Shown piece by piece: positions 35,981-47,115 of a stretch of 64,000 nt of DNA (position 1 is the stretch's first letter; the number at the start of each line of letters is the position of its first letter). This stretch comes from Octopus sinensis (lineage: Eukaryota). Where the stretch lies: assembly GCF_006345805.1 (NCBI RefSeq), contig NC_043004.1, forward strand, positions 41,106,001 through 41,170,000, in the 5' to 3' direction. The notes beneath the pieces were generated by a model that ran no database searches, was not told the origin of the DNA, and saw nothing but the letters and a program-made list of their open reading frames with translations. The translations under genes and the position numbers were made by a program.

Positions 35981-38347
35981 GTAAGTTATTTCACTTTTTC
36001 TTTTTCTTTTTTTTTTCTTTTGCTTGTAGCAGTGTAGTCAAAAGTTTGCTTCCCAACCACATGGTTCCAGGTTCAGTTCCACGGTGTGGCACTTTGGACA
36101 AGTGTCTTCTACTACAGCTCTGGGCTGACCAAGGCCTTGTGAGTGGATTTGGTAGACAGAAACTGTAAGAAGCCTGTTGTGTGTGTGTGTGTGTGTGTCT
36201 ATGTGTTTGTCCCCCCACCTCCATTTGACAACCAGTGTTTGTTTGTTTTCATCCCTGCAACTAAGCAGTTTAATAAAAAGAAACCAAATGGAATAAGCGC
36301 CAAGCTTAAAGTTATGTGCTGAATTTGATTTGTTTAACTAAACCACTCGAGGCAGTGTTGCAGCATGGCCACAGTCCATTGACTGAACAAGTAAAAGATA
36401 AGTAAGCCTACCCGAAACAGACTCTCTATTATTTCTCGTAACAGTGTAATATATCCCACTAAAGGCGGGCAGCTAGCAGAATTGTTAACACGCCAGACAA
36501 AATACTTTGTAGCAATTCACCAGTCTTCGTGTTCTGAGTTCAAATTCCATGGAGGTCGACCTTACCTTTCATCCTTTCTGGGTTGATAAAAATGAGTACC
36601 AGTCTAACTCTTGGGTCAATGTAAATCAACTGACATACCCAACTCACATGAAATTGTGCCAAAATTTGAAACCAGTATAATATATTGTTATGTAAGCATG
36701 TTATATCTTTTGTTTACTGATGCAGACTTCTAGTTTTTTTTTTTTTTTTTTGGTGGGGTGGCTTTTTCTGTTTGAATGTTTTGCAAAACAATTGAGAATG
36801 GAAGGCAGACATTGAATGATGATGATGATGTAGGAGTGAAAAGGACATCAATTCTCAGCAGCAGTAGCAGTAGTAAGCATTAGCTGAGATGGTTGGGTGC
36901 AACCATTTGGGTGCTGACTGGATACCCAAGCTGTTTTGGCAACGGTATATTTTGGTGCTGGAGGCAAACTCACACACTCATGCTCAATTATATATGTAAT
37001 TCTTGGGTTCAAGTGAAGGCACATGGCTCAGTGGTTAGAGCGTTGGGCTCACAGTCATGAGGTGGTGAGTTCAATTCTTGGACTGGGCTCTGTGTTGTGT
37101 TCTCAAGCAAAACACTTTATTTCATATTACTCAAGTTCACTCAGTGACGTCACTGGTGTCAAGTTGCTTTTCCCTTGAATAACATTGGTGGTGTTGAGGG
37201 GTGGGGGGCTGGTATGCATGGGTGACTGCTGGTCTTCCATAAACAACCTTGCCTGGACTTGTGCCTTGGAGGGGAGCTTTCTAAGTGCATCCCATGGTCA
37301 TTCATGACCAAAGGGAGTCTTTATCCATTTGGCACCTTGGGACGTCTCTGTTGTGCAGGTTACGTAGCAACTTCACTTATGCTGGTAGCACAAGAAAAAT
37401 TGCCCAGCACACTCTGTAAAGTGGTTGGTGTTAGGAAGGGCATCCAACAATAAAGATCATTCCAAAGCTGACACTTGTGCTTAGAACAGCCCTGTGACTC
37501 ACTGTATCCTGTCAGTATGGGAAACAGATGTTTGATGATGAATTAAATTTCTTTATCTTGTATGCTCAGACATCCTATTCCATTGTTTACTTTAAATTCC
37601 ATCAATTGAACTGGTACCTCATTCATTTGAAAAGCTTATATAGATTGAAGCATATAGTTTTCTGTAATGAGTCACAGTTTCATTTGGTGCAGTCATCATC
37701 ATCATCATTATTATTATTTAGTGTCACGGTGAAGAGTTAGCAGAATGGTTAGCACGCTGGGCAAGATGCTTAGTGGCATTTCAGCCATCTTTATGTTCTG
37801 AGTTCAGATTCCGCCGAGGTCAACTTTGCCTTTCGTCCTTTTGGGGTTGATAAAATAAGTACCAGTCGTACACTGTCATTGATGTAATTGACTTACCCCC
37901 TCCCCCAAACTTGCTGCCCTTGTGGCAAAATTTGAAACCATTATTATTTGGTGTCTGCTTTCCATGCTGGCATGGGTTGGATGGTTTGACTAATCCTGGT
38001 AAGCTGGAGAGCTGCACCAGGTTCCAGTCTGATTTGGCATGGTTTCTATGGCCGGGTGCCCTTCCTAATGCCAACCACTCCAAGAGTGTAATGGGTGCTT
38101 TTTACATGTCACTGATATGGGTGCCTGTTATGTGATACCAGCATGGCATATCACCAAAGGTCTTGGTCACTTGTCATTGCTCCCATGAGGTCCAACGTTC
38201 GAAGATCATATTTCACCACCTCAGCCCATGTCTTCCTGGGTCCTACCTCTTCCACAGGTTCCCTCCACAGTTAGAGATAGGCACTTTTTTTTTTCGCATG
38301 GATATTTGTGTGTATATTTTCATCTCATTATTTCTATTTATAACCAG

Positions 38348-38508
38348 TGAAAACAAGCTATCCAGCTTGGCTGATACTCTCCTTGAAAACAAGACACAGC
38401 CAGAAGCAGAGACTCCACAAGTGACAGCCATTTCTCCTTTAAAGCAGTCTCAACTACGAGAGCACTTATCCAAGAGAGTGGTACCCCTTGTTAAATCAGT
38501 CTCCCCAG
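38348..38508 (+). CDS. NUP214: Nup214 exon (SPLKQSQLREHLSKRVVPLVKS)
   Basis: taaccag acceptor, G|gtaagt donor, phase 2 to 1; resembles SPMKQAQLRNFLAKR. Confidence 0.9.
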
Positions 38509-39792
38509 GTAAGTTACCATTAGCAGTATCATGTGATTTTTACCAAAATCCACTTTGTAAGTGCAGTATCTGGTTGTGTGAGGTGCAATGTATGTATGTC
38601 AGATCATGTTATATTGAGTTTGCTGTCTGACATGATCACTGTAACAGCCAGCCAGGTGAGGTGGACACAGCCATCAGTGTTGTTCCCTCGATCAGCACTG
38701 AACAAACAAACCTACACTCAATGTTTCATGCCATTCGTTTTTTTATGAAATCAATGAATTTCAATACATTAATTCACCTGACATTTAAAAAAAAAAAATT
38801 GAGAGCTTCTTATATACACCTGTTACTTCATGGATCATCACCACACTTTTAACGCTTTAGCATTTGAACTAGCCACATCTGGTTCAAATATTCTACATGT
38901 TTTACATTCATATTGGCCATATTTAGCCTTTCACACCTATCCTACAATGTCATTCTGAAAATAAATAATCATGTCATCAAAACCTCAAACCTATAAGATA
39001 ATACATGATTAATTCAATACATGATTAAATCAAAATCGAAATCTTTCAACATCAATGGAAATTGTAGCTGAGATACCAGTGCTGGTGGCACGTAAAAAGC
39101 ACCAACCAATCGTGGCCGTTTGCCAGCCTCGTCTGACACCTGTGCAGGTGGCACATAAAAAGCACCCACTACTCTCTCGGAGTGGTTGGCGTTAGGAAGG
39201 GCATCCAGCTGTAGAAATACTGCCAGATCAGACTGGGCCTGGCGCAGCCTCCTGGCTTCCCAGACCCCAGTTGAACCGTCCAACCCATGCTAGCATGGAA
39301 AACGGACGTTAAACGATGATGATGATGATACATGGGTCAAAGGGAGTTCAGTGGGGTAGATTTTCTAAGGCCAATGAATGCTTTTTGTTGCTAACTTTCA
39401 CCTGTTTTCCAAGTGGGTTTTTTTAATCTTTTCCCATGGCCAGACATGTTTTCATATAAGATTTGAAATGGACACTGCTTTTATGATAATGATATGTTTA
39501 CAACTGTCAAGACAGACGTGCGCATGTGTGCAGATGCATGCACACCCATGTATACACACACACACACACATACATTTATATACATATGATGGGTTTTTTC
39601 AGTTTCCATCGACCAAATCCACTTACAAGGCTTTGATTGGCTTGGAGCTATGGTAGGAAACACTTGCCCAAGGTGTCATGTAGTGGGATTGAACCCAAAA
39701 TTATACCATTGGCAAACCAATTTCTTCACCACACAGCCACACCAATGCCTGTTTATGTATTTTTTAGAACATGTTCTCAGATGTTTTTTTTC

Positions 39793-40190
39793 TTAACCTG
39801 TGTGCGTAAGCGAAAGCAGGGTATAGTGTTCATTTGTCTGTATGCTTGCAAAATTACTAGAAAACAGCTGAACAGATTTTCACCAAATTTGGGTGAAATA
39901 TTCATTGGGTGACTGGCTCGAAATGGCGAAAGTTTGATTTGATTATCTTCAAATTTCGAGTTGATTTCTTAATTTATTCATTATACCTATAATGATGATA
40001 CTTAGAAAAAAAGAATTTAAAAAAATCAAACTTACAAATTTCCCCATAGTCAAGTTTAGTCAAACACTTGCAAAGCTTAATTCAGTTCAGTTAAAAAGCA
40101 TGGGTCAGGAACGCGTTGTAAGTCACACTATAATCTGCGAAAGAATTTCTCTGCACACAGGATATTCATCACCCATCCGATGCCTCTTTT
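39793..40190 (+). mobile_element. Possible DINE-1/HINE-like (Helentron-associated) element
   Basis: Starts in a T-run with aacctgtgtgcgtaagcgaaagcaggg; inverted subterminal gcacacagg at 40153; short 3' hairpin then T-run. Confidence 0.45.
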
Positions 40191-40706
40191 TTTTCATTTT
40201 AAACTTTTTTCAATGCAGCACACGAATTTTTTGAACCACTAAGCTGATTTTCTAACTCAGTACTTCATTTTATTTAATTTAAAATTTGCTTTTTCTCCCT
40301 CTGGGACTGATAAAATCAGTACCAGTAATTTATTAGGATAGAATCAATTCTATTCTACACTTCAGTTTCTCATGTCAGTGTATGAGATGATATATTAACC
40401 CTTTAGCATTCAGTTTACTCTGTCAAATGTAATGATTATATATTCAAATTGTAACTTTGAAATTTCAAAGATGTGATTGTTTATTTTCAGAACGACTTTT
40501 TAGGGTAGGTGTGAGAGGCTGAATCTGGCTAGTTAGAACATAAAACAAGGGTACAATATTTGGGCCTGATATAGTCAGTGTAAAGGCTAAAGTGCTTAAT
40601 GGAATTTACCCTTTTCTTTGTCTTCAGATTTTTGAAACAAAATATTTTACTTCTGCTAGTCTTTTTTTTCCCTTTTTTTATGTTTTTCTTGATGTTTTTA
40701 CTTCAG

Positions 40707-40843
40707 ATACTAGTATCACTCTTCCGACTCAGTCAGCGTCCAAGCCAGCTTCTGCAGTAGTCAATGCACAAAAGCAGGGTTTTGGTTTGAAGCCAAGTAC
40801 TGCGACTGCTGGCGGTGATGATGAGATCAGCCTAATTGGACAG
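40707..40843 (+). CDS. NUP214: Nup214 exon (TSITLPTQSASKP...SLIGQ)
   Basis: acttcag acceptor, CAG|gtacaa donor, phase 1 to 0. Confidence 0.82.
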
Positions 40844-40964
40844 GTACAAGTATTAACTTTTGTTTTTCTTACCCTGGTTCTGCATCATTTCATTCATCAT
40901 CATCATCATCATCGTTTATGCTATAGCATGGGTGGAACGGTTTGACAGAAGCTGACCAGGCAGG

Positions 40965-42797
40965 AGACATCAGCAAGTGCATTTAAGGCTGGTCATGGGT
41001 GGTTTGATAATTTCAAGAAGAGAACTGGTGTTCCTAGCGTCATCATGTATGAGAAGCAGCGAATTCTGACACGTAAACAGCTGAAGATTTCGTGTGTGAA
41101 TTCCTTCAGCTCATCGCAGTCGAGAGGTACATCACACAACAGGTATGGCCTTTTTGGGAAAAAAATGCTTAGAAGAACCTACATAACTGCAGCGAAGAAA
41201 ATGCCAGGCTACAAGCCTATGAAAGATAGGCTAACTCTTGTCCTTTGTGTCAATGTGAGTGAAGACTTGAAGATTAAGCTGCTCCTTGTCTACCATTCCG
41301 AAAACCTACAAGCATTCAAGTTGCACAAAATCCTAAAGGAAAAGCTGAAGGTCATGTGGAGGGCAAACATTAAAACCTGGGTCACCAGGTAATTCTTTGA
41401 GTTGGTCAACCTTGTCTTTGGACCAGCAGTGAAAAAATACCTTCTGGAGAACAATCTTCCTCTCAAGGCCTTCCTCATCCTTCACAATGCCCCTGCTCAC
41501 CCTCCTAACCTAGAAGATGATATCCTAGACGAATTTAAATTTATAAAAGTTTTGTACCTTTCATGCAACACCATGGACCAACAGGTGATTTCTAATTTTA
41601 AGAAATTGTACACCAAACACCTATTTCATTGGTGCTTTGAAGTGACCGAAAATACAATTTTTTGTGAATTTTGGAAGGAGCTCTACAACACTGTAAATTG
41701 CTTGAAAATTGATATGACCTGGCAGGGTGTAACAAGGAGAACACTAAATCCTGCATGGAGGAAACTGTGGCCTGACTGCATATTCAATAGAGATTTCGAG
41801 GGGTTTGAGTCTGAGAACCTGTAGATGAGGAGATAGTGTCAGTTGGCAAGTCCATGAGCCTTGAGGTTGATGATGGTGACATTAACAATCTCGTTGAGGA
41901 ACACTCAGAGGGGCTGACGACAGATGAACTCCTGCAGCTGCATTTGGATGCGGTGGAAGAGATTGGTTCTCTGGAGGAGGACCGTGTAGCAGGGAATATT
42001 TTCTCTATGAGTGACATAAAGGTCGTGTTAGCAAAGTGGCAGTATGCTTTTGAATTTGTAGAAAAATATTGTCCTGAAAAAATAGGTACAATTCATGCAG
42101 CTGCTTTATTTAATGACACTGCTCTGGTGCCTTTTCGTAACATTTTGAAAGGCAGGAAAAAGCAGACTTCTGTTGATGTGTTTCTAATGAAATGATCTGC
42201 AAGTGTAAAAAGTGAAGAAAGTGTATCCATAAAAGCCTAAATTAAACAAAGTGAGAGAGAAGATGCCAGAAATTGTTCTTCATGAAGTCTTTATGTAAGG
42301 AGGTTTTCCTTCATCATCATCATCATCATCCTTTAACGTCCGCTTTCCATGCTAGCATGAGTTGGACGATTTTGACTGAAGGCTGGCGAATCAGATGGCT
42401 GCACCAGGCTCCAATCTTGATTTGGCAGAGTTTCTACAGCTGGATGCCCTTCCTAACGCCAACCACTCCGAGAGTGTAGTGGGTGGTTTTTACGTGCCAG
42501 TAATCCTCCTCCACCCCTCTCAGTCGTCTTCCTCATGCACAAATTGTTCCATTTCTAAAATAGTTCAGTTAATAAAACCAGTTTGCATATTTCTTTTGCA
42601 TTCTCTTTTTATTGTCATTCTACTTTTAAAACTCATAAAAAGTTATTTTTGGGTGGTTTGGGGTGGGTGGGCTTGAACAGATTAATTATTATTTAGTTAG
42701 TTTCAATGGAGAAACTTGATTTTTTTTGTAAAATGAGTAAATCGTAAACCGAGCTCAGTCATGGAACAAATTAAACTCATACTCCAAAGTATCACTA
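40965..42797 (+). mobile_element. Tigger/pogo DNA transposon remnant (DDE_1 transposase pseudogene)
   Basis: FKAGHGWFDNFKKR, KPMKDRLTL, VYHSEN, VNLVFGPAVKKYL..NNLPLKA..ILHNAPAHP; frameshifted; TIR-like end near 42763-42797; RTE tail inserted at 42312-42498. Confidence 0.88.
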
Positions 42798-42858
42798 TTT
42801 AATAAGTGTCAGACACACACCTTTATAATGTACTCTTGTCTTTTTGTATCTTGCACAG

Positions 42859-42934
42859 GCCCGGTCAATAAGCACGAGTACCCCGCTGAAGCCTGATACA
42901 AAGACTGGGCTCTTTCCATCTATACAGATTTCCA
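42859..42934 (+). CDS. NUP214: Nup214 small exon (ARSISTSTPLKPDTKTGLFPSIQIS)
   Basis: ttgcacag acceptor, A|gtaagc donor, phase 0 to 1; needed to reconcile the flanking phases. Confidence 0.8.
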
Positions 42935-43793
42935 GTAAGCTTTTTTTATCTTTTACATTTCTTACTTTCTTTTACATACTGAAGCAACTTTACAATCATC
43001 ATCATCATCATCGTTTAACGTCCGTTTTCCGTGCTAGCATGGGTTGGACGGTTTGACCGGGGTCTGGGAAGCTAGGAGGCTGCACCAGGCTCCAGTCTGA
43101 TCTGGCAGTGTTTCTACAGCTGGATGCCCTTCCTAATGCCAACCACTCCGTGAGTGTAGTGGGTGCTTTTTACGTGCCACCGGCACAGGTGCCAGGGGAG
43201 GCTGGCAGCGGCCACGATCGGTTGGTGCTTTTTATGTGCCACCGGCACGGGGGCCAGACAAGGCTGGCAGCAGCCACGATCGGTTGGTGCTTTTTATGGG
43301 CCACTGGCACAGAAGCCAGTCAAGGCTAAATGGGCACACACTCATGGCTGTGTGGTAAGTTTGCTCCCCAACCATATGGTTCTGTCCCCAGTCTCTGTGT
43401 GTGGCATCTTGGGTAAGTGTTTTTTACTATAGCCATGGGCCAACCAAAGACATGTGAGTGGATTTGGTTGATAGAAACTGAAGTAAGCTTGTCATGTGTA
43501 TGTATATGTGTGTGTGTATATATATATTGTGTGCCTTTGTGTTGTGCTTGTCCCCGACCACTGTTTGACAACTAGTGTTGGTTTGTTTATGTCTTTGTAA
43601 CTTAGCAGTCCAGTAAAAGAGACCAATAAAATAAATACCAAGCTTAGAAAAGAAAAAGTACTGGAATCAATTTTTTTTGACTGAACCCTACAAGATGGTG
43701 CCCCAGCGTGGCCACAGTCCAATGACTGAAACAAGTAAAAAAAGATAAAAGAATGATTCTTGAGATTTCGAATCCCATGATTTTTGAGCTTAA

Positions 43794-44010
43794 CCCTTTA
43801 ATGTTCAAATTATTCTGTCAAATGTGATGTTTGTTTGTTTATATTGTTTTGAATTAATCATGCATTATCTTGTTTAGAGATTTCAGTGATGTGATTTTTT
43901 AGTTTTAGAATGACATTGTAGGGCTGAGGTGAGAGGCGAGATCTGGTCAATTTCAATATAAAACAGGTTAAATATTTTGGCCGGATATGGCTGGTTTGAA
44001 TGCTAAAGGG
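43794..44010 (-). mobile_element. piggyBac-type MITE family D
   Basis: TTAA-CCCTTTA...TAAAGGG-TTAA. Confidence 0.82.
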
Positions 44011-44059
44011 TTAAACTTGCAATTTTGTTATTTTCATCATCGTAATCATCATCGTTTAA

Positions 44060-44280
44060 CCCGTTAATATTTAAACCGGCCATATCCGGCCAAAAGTATT
44101 CTGCCTGTTCTATGTTCAAACTGGCTAGATCTGGTCTCTCACACCAACCCTACAATATCATTTTAAAATTTAACAGCTACCTCATCAAAATCTCATAGCT
44201 ACAAGATAATGCATGATTAGTTCAAAACAATGTGGATGAAGAAGCATTAATTGTGGCAGAATAATGCAAACACTAAAGGG
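44060..44280 (+). mobile_element. piggyBac-type MITE family D
   Basis: TTAA-CCC...TAAAGGG-TTAA; inverted relative to 43794-44010. Confidence 0.82.
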
Positions 44281-44353
44281 TTAAGGCGGACATTAAATGA
44301 CGACGATGAAAAATTAGAAAATCACAAGCTTAAGCTCAGTTTCAAGCCCTGTA

Positions 44354-45615
44354 TACAAGTTGGTAACAAGAAGTTCCCAGACTAGTCATGTTCAATAAAA
44401 CGTAACTCATTTGCTAAATTTTTTTATATCATCTCCTTCAAAATAGTCCTCTTGTGCAGCAATACACCAGTGCCAGTGTCCCTGCCACTTTTGGAATCTG
44501 GCCAAGAACTTGTTTTCTGTAATCAAGTCGAGGACCTTCTGCGATTCGCTCTTGATCTTGACATCATTGCTAAAACAGCGACCATTGAGCTGCATTTTCA
44601 TTTTGGGAAGAGACAGAAGTCTGGAGATGCTAAATCTGGTGAATAGGGCCAGTGTGGAAGCAAATACCATGTTCTTTTCGGTGAGAAAATCAGTGACAGG
44701 GTGCATTGTCGTTATGAAGATACCAATTCTTCGCAGACATTAGGATTGCCTGCACAGACCCATACAACAGACCAACAACATCAGCAATTATTTACATTCA
44801 ACGGATATTTGTCCTCATCTTGTTTGTTGTTAACACAAAGTTTCAGCTGATATACCCTCCAGCCTTCTTCAAGAGTCTTGGGGAAATTTCGAACCTGGGT
44901 TCTCATTACTAAGGTCCTAAGGCATATGGCGTAGTGGTTAAGAGCACAGGCTACTAACCCCATGATTCTGAGTTCGATTCCAAGCAGTGACCAGAACAAT
45001 AGCAATAATAATAATCATAACATTGAAAAATACCTTAGGAATGAGAACCCAGGTTCAAAATTTCCCCAAGACACCTGAAGAAGGCTGGTGGGTATATCAG
45101 CCGAAACGTATTAACAACAAACAAGACAAGGACAAATATCCATTGAATGTAAATAATGTACATAATTCCTCATGTCTTAAATATAGAACTGTATCCACAT
45201 TTTCAGGGGGTGACACTTGTGGCCGGTCTTCCATATCACTCATTATCTTCCATTCATGTTCTTCCACTTTTGAAGCACCTGTTCCACTCAAAACGTTGCA
45301 TAGGACTCATTGCCTCATCACCATAAGCTTGTCAAAGCATGCTCAAAGTTTCTGTAGCAGACTTCCCGAGTTTAATATAAAATTTTACATTGGCCCTTTG
45401 TTTCAGTTTCTTGTCCATGACAAAAATCACAGACTACAGTATACACATGATCACAAAGACACAAATCTCACAACTTTGGAAGTAAACACAGACATGTTAC
45501 TTGACACACTGCCTCATGAAGGTCACTGCTAACTCTCACCCTGCACATGGCCATGTGCTGTCATCTGTTGGTGCACTACAGAACTAGTTCGAGACCTCTT
45601 TGGCACCACCTTGTA
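44354..45615 (-). mobile_element. mariner transposon remnant with central part replaced by another insertion
   Basis: Minus strand MDKKLKQRANVKF..KLGKSATETL (from 45419), WYLHNDNAPCH, and C-terminal W..CIAAQEDYFEG; degenerate ta-flanked TIRs at both ends. Confidence 0.85.
44786..45192. mobile_element. Composite: inverted PLE-like terminal repeat, tRNA-like head, (AAT)n, PLE-like terminal repeat with hammerhead-like core
   Basis: Arms 44786-44915 and 45030-45160 are reverse complements; A box TGGCGTAGTGG 44927-44937, B box GTTCGATTCC 44972-44981; CTGAAGA..GAAAC at 45075-45107. Confidence 0.65.
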
Positions 45616-45717
45616 AATGATATGATGACAGTAGTAGTGTCTGTTTTGGTAGATTTTAATTGGTTCTGTTGAAAATGCCTTGTGTTTAATGCATTTCATG
45701 TGTGTCATCCCTTTAAG

Positions 45718-45927
45718 ATTATGCCAGTGGTCTCAACCTAGAAGACATCTCCTCGGCAGAATCTGTGACAGGTGATGACTGGCCTGGGGTAGAAGAGGAG
45801 GATGATGATGACGACGAAGAAGAATGTGAGGAGGAAGAGGAGGAAGATGACGATGAAGAAGAAGAGGAGGAAGAGGATGTAGAGGAATATTCAGCTCTTG
45901 ACATTGCAGAAGAGAAGCAAACTGAGG
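45718..45927 (+). CDS. NUP214: Nup214 exon with long D/E tract
   Basis: ctttaag acceptor, G|gtaagt donor, phase 1 to 1; encodes LEDISSAES...EEEDDDDDEEECEEEEEEDDDEEEEEEEDVEEYS. Confidence 0.8.
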
Positions 45928-46039
45928 GTAAGTACAGGTGTTCTTTTAATCTTAATTTTTCTTCTTTTTTCTATGCTTTTTTTTCTCTTTATTTGTTTAA
46001 TGTCCGTTTTTCCCAGACTAGCATGGGCTTGGAAGGGGA

Positions 46040-46750
46040 TTTATTCAAGGTAGCACGTGATCGTCACATTGACCACGACAGAGAAAGTTGTCGTGGCGAT
46101 ACCTGCCCAGAGGCCTACACAAAGTTGCAGAAAGTGTATGGAGAGGAGTGTGTGTGCTGCACCACACAAGTGTGTAAGTGGTTATCAAAATGGCTGGAAA
46201 AATGTCAGCATTGATGAACGTTCTGAGAGACCTGCAACCAGCAGAACTGAGAAAAACGTCGCAGAAGGGCGTGCGGCTGTGAGGGGAAATCGTCAAATCA
46301 CCATCTGTGAGTTATCATAGGATGTGCAGATTAGTTGCAGTTCAGTTCAGTCCATTATCACTGAAGATTTGGGTATGAGACGCATGTCTGCCAAAATTGC
46401 TTTCAGCTAACCAGAAAGACAGGTTTCAGTTGCACAAGATCTCCTTGATTGTGTTGAGAACTATGACAACTTCTTGAAAACTTTGAGCAGGTATTGCCAA
46501 GCTTTTGGTAAAATTTTGATGCAGATCTCTGCCCATCTTTCTCTGTCATGGTCAGTGTGATGATCACACGCTACACACCTTCCTTCCAAGCACTGCTGTA
46601 AACAGCAGAAGTGAGATATGAACATTAAAACTTAGTGTGCATGCACAGCAGAGTTCAAGGTCAGTCTGTACCAAGCGGCTTCACTCTGCGTGCTTTAGCT
46701 TCCTTACTATGGCAATAGTCCAGATACTTATTGATCAGATCACATATGTA
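46040..46750 (+). mobile_element. Internally deleted mariner element
   Basis: YTKLQKVYGEECV, DERSERPATSRT, IITEDLGMRRMSAK; terminal ccagatacttattgatcagatcacatatgta resembles a mariner TIR. Confidence 0.75.
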
Positions 46751-47115
46751 TGATAGGTTCCCTGGTTTTCCCATTGCATGATGATTGGTTGTGTTGAGAC
46801 CATATAGTGGGACTGAATTCGGAATCTCATGGCTGCAAAACAAACTTCTCAACCACATAGCTCTCCCAGTGTTGCCTTCCTTCATTGGTCATCAATCTAA
46901 CTCAGTTCTAGGGCATCCAACCATAGAAACCATGCCAAATCAGGCTGGAGTCTGGTGCAGCTTCCCAGCTTGCTAGCTCTGGTCAAACAGTCCAACCCAT
47001 GCCAGCATGGACAACAGGCACTAAATAAAGATGATGACCTTCATTTCTGTAACTTATATCTTCATAGATGTCTTCAGTTATTGTTTTTCATTTCTTTTGC
47101 CTAATTTTATTACAG

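Noticed and set aside
44921-44985. tRNA gene calls for SINE heads (also 7327, 30206, 35043, 37013)
   Set aside because: A/B boxes are present but there is no complete cloverleaf or acceptor stem, and each continues into a repeat body.
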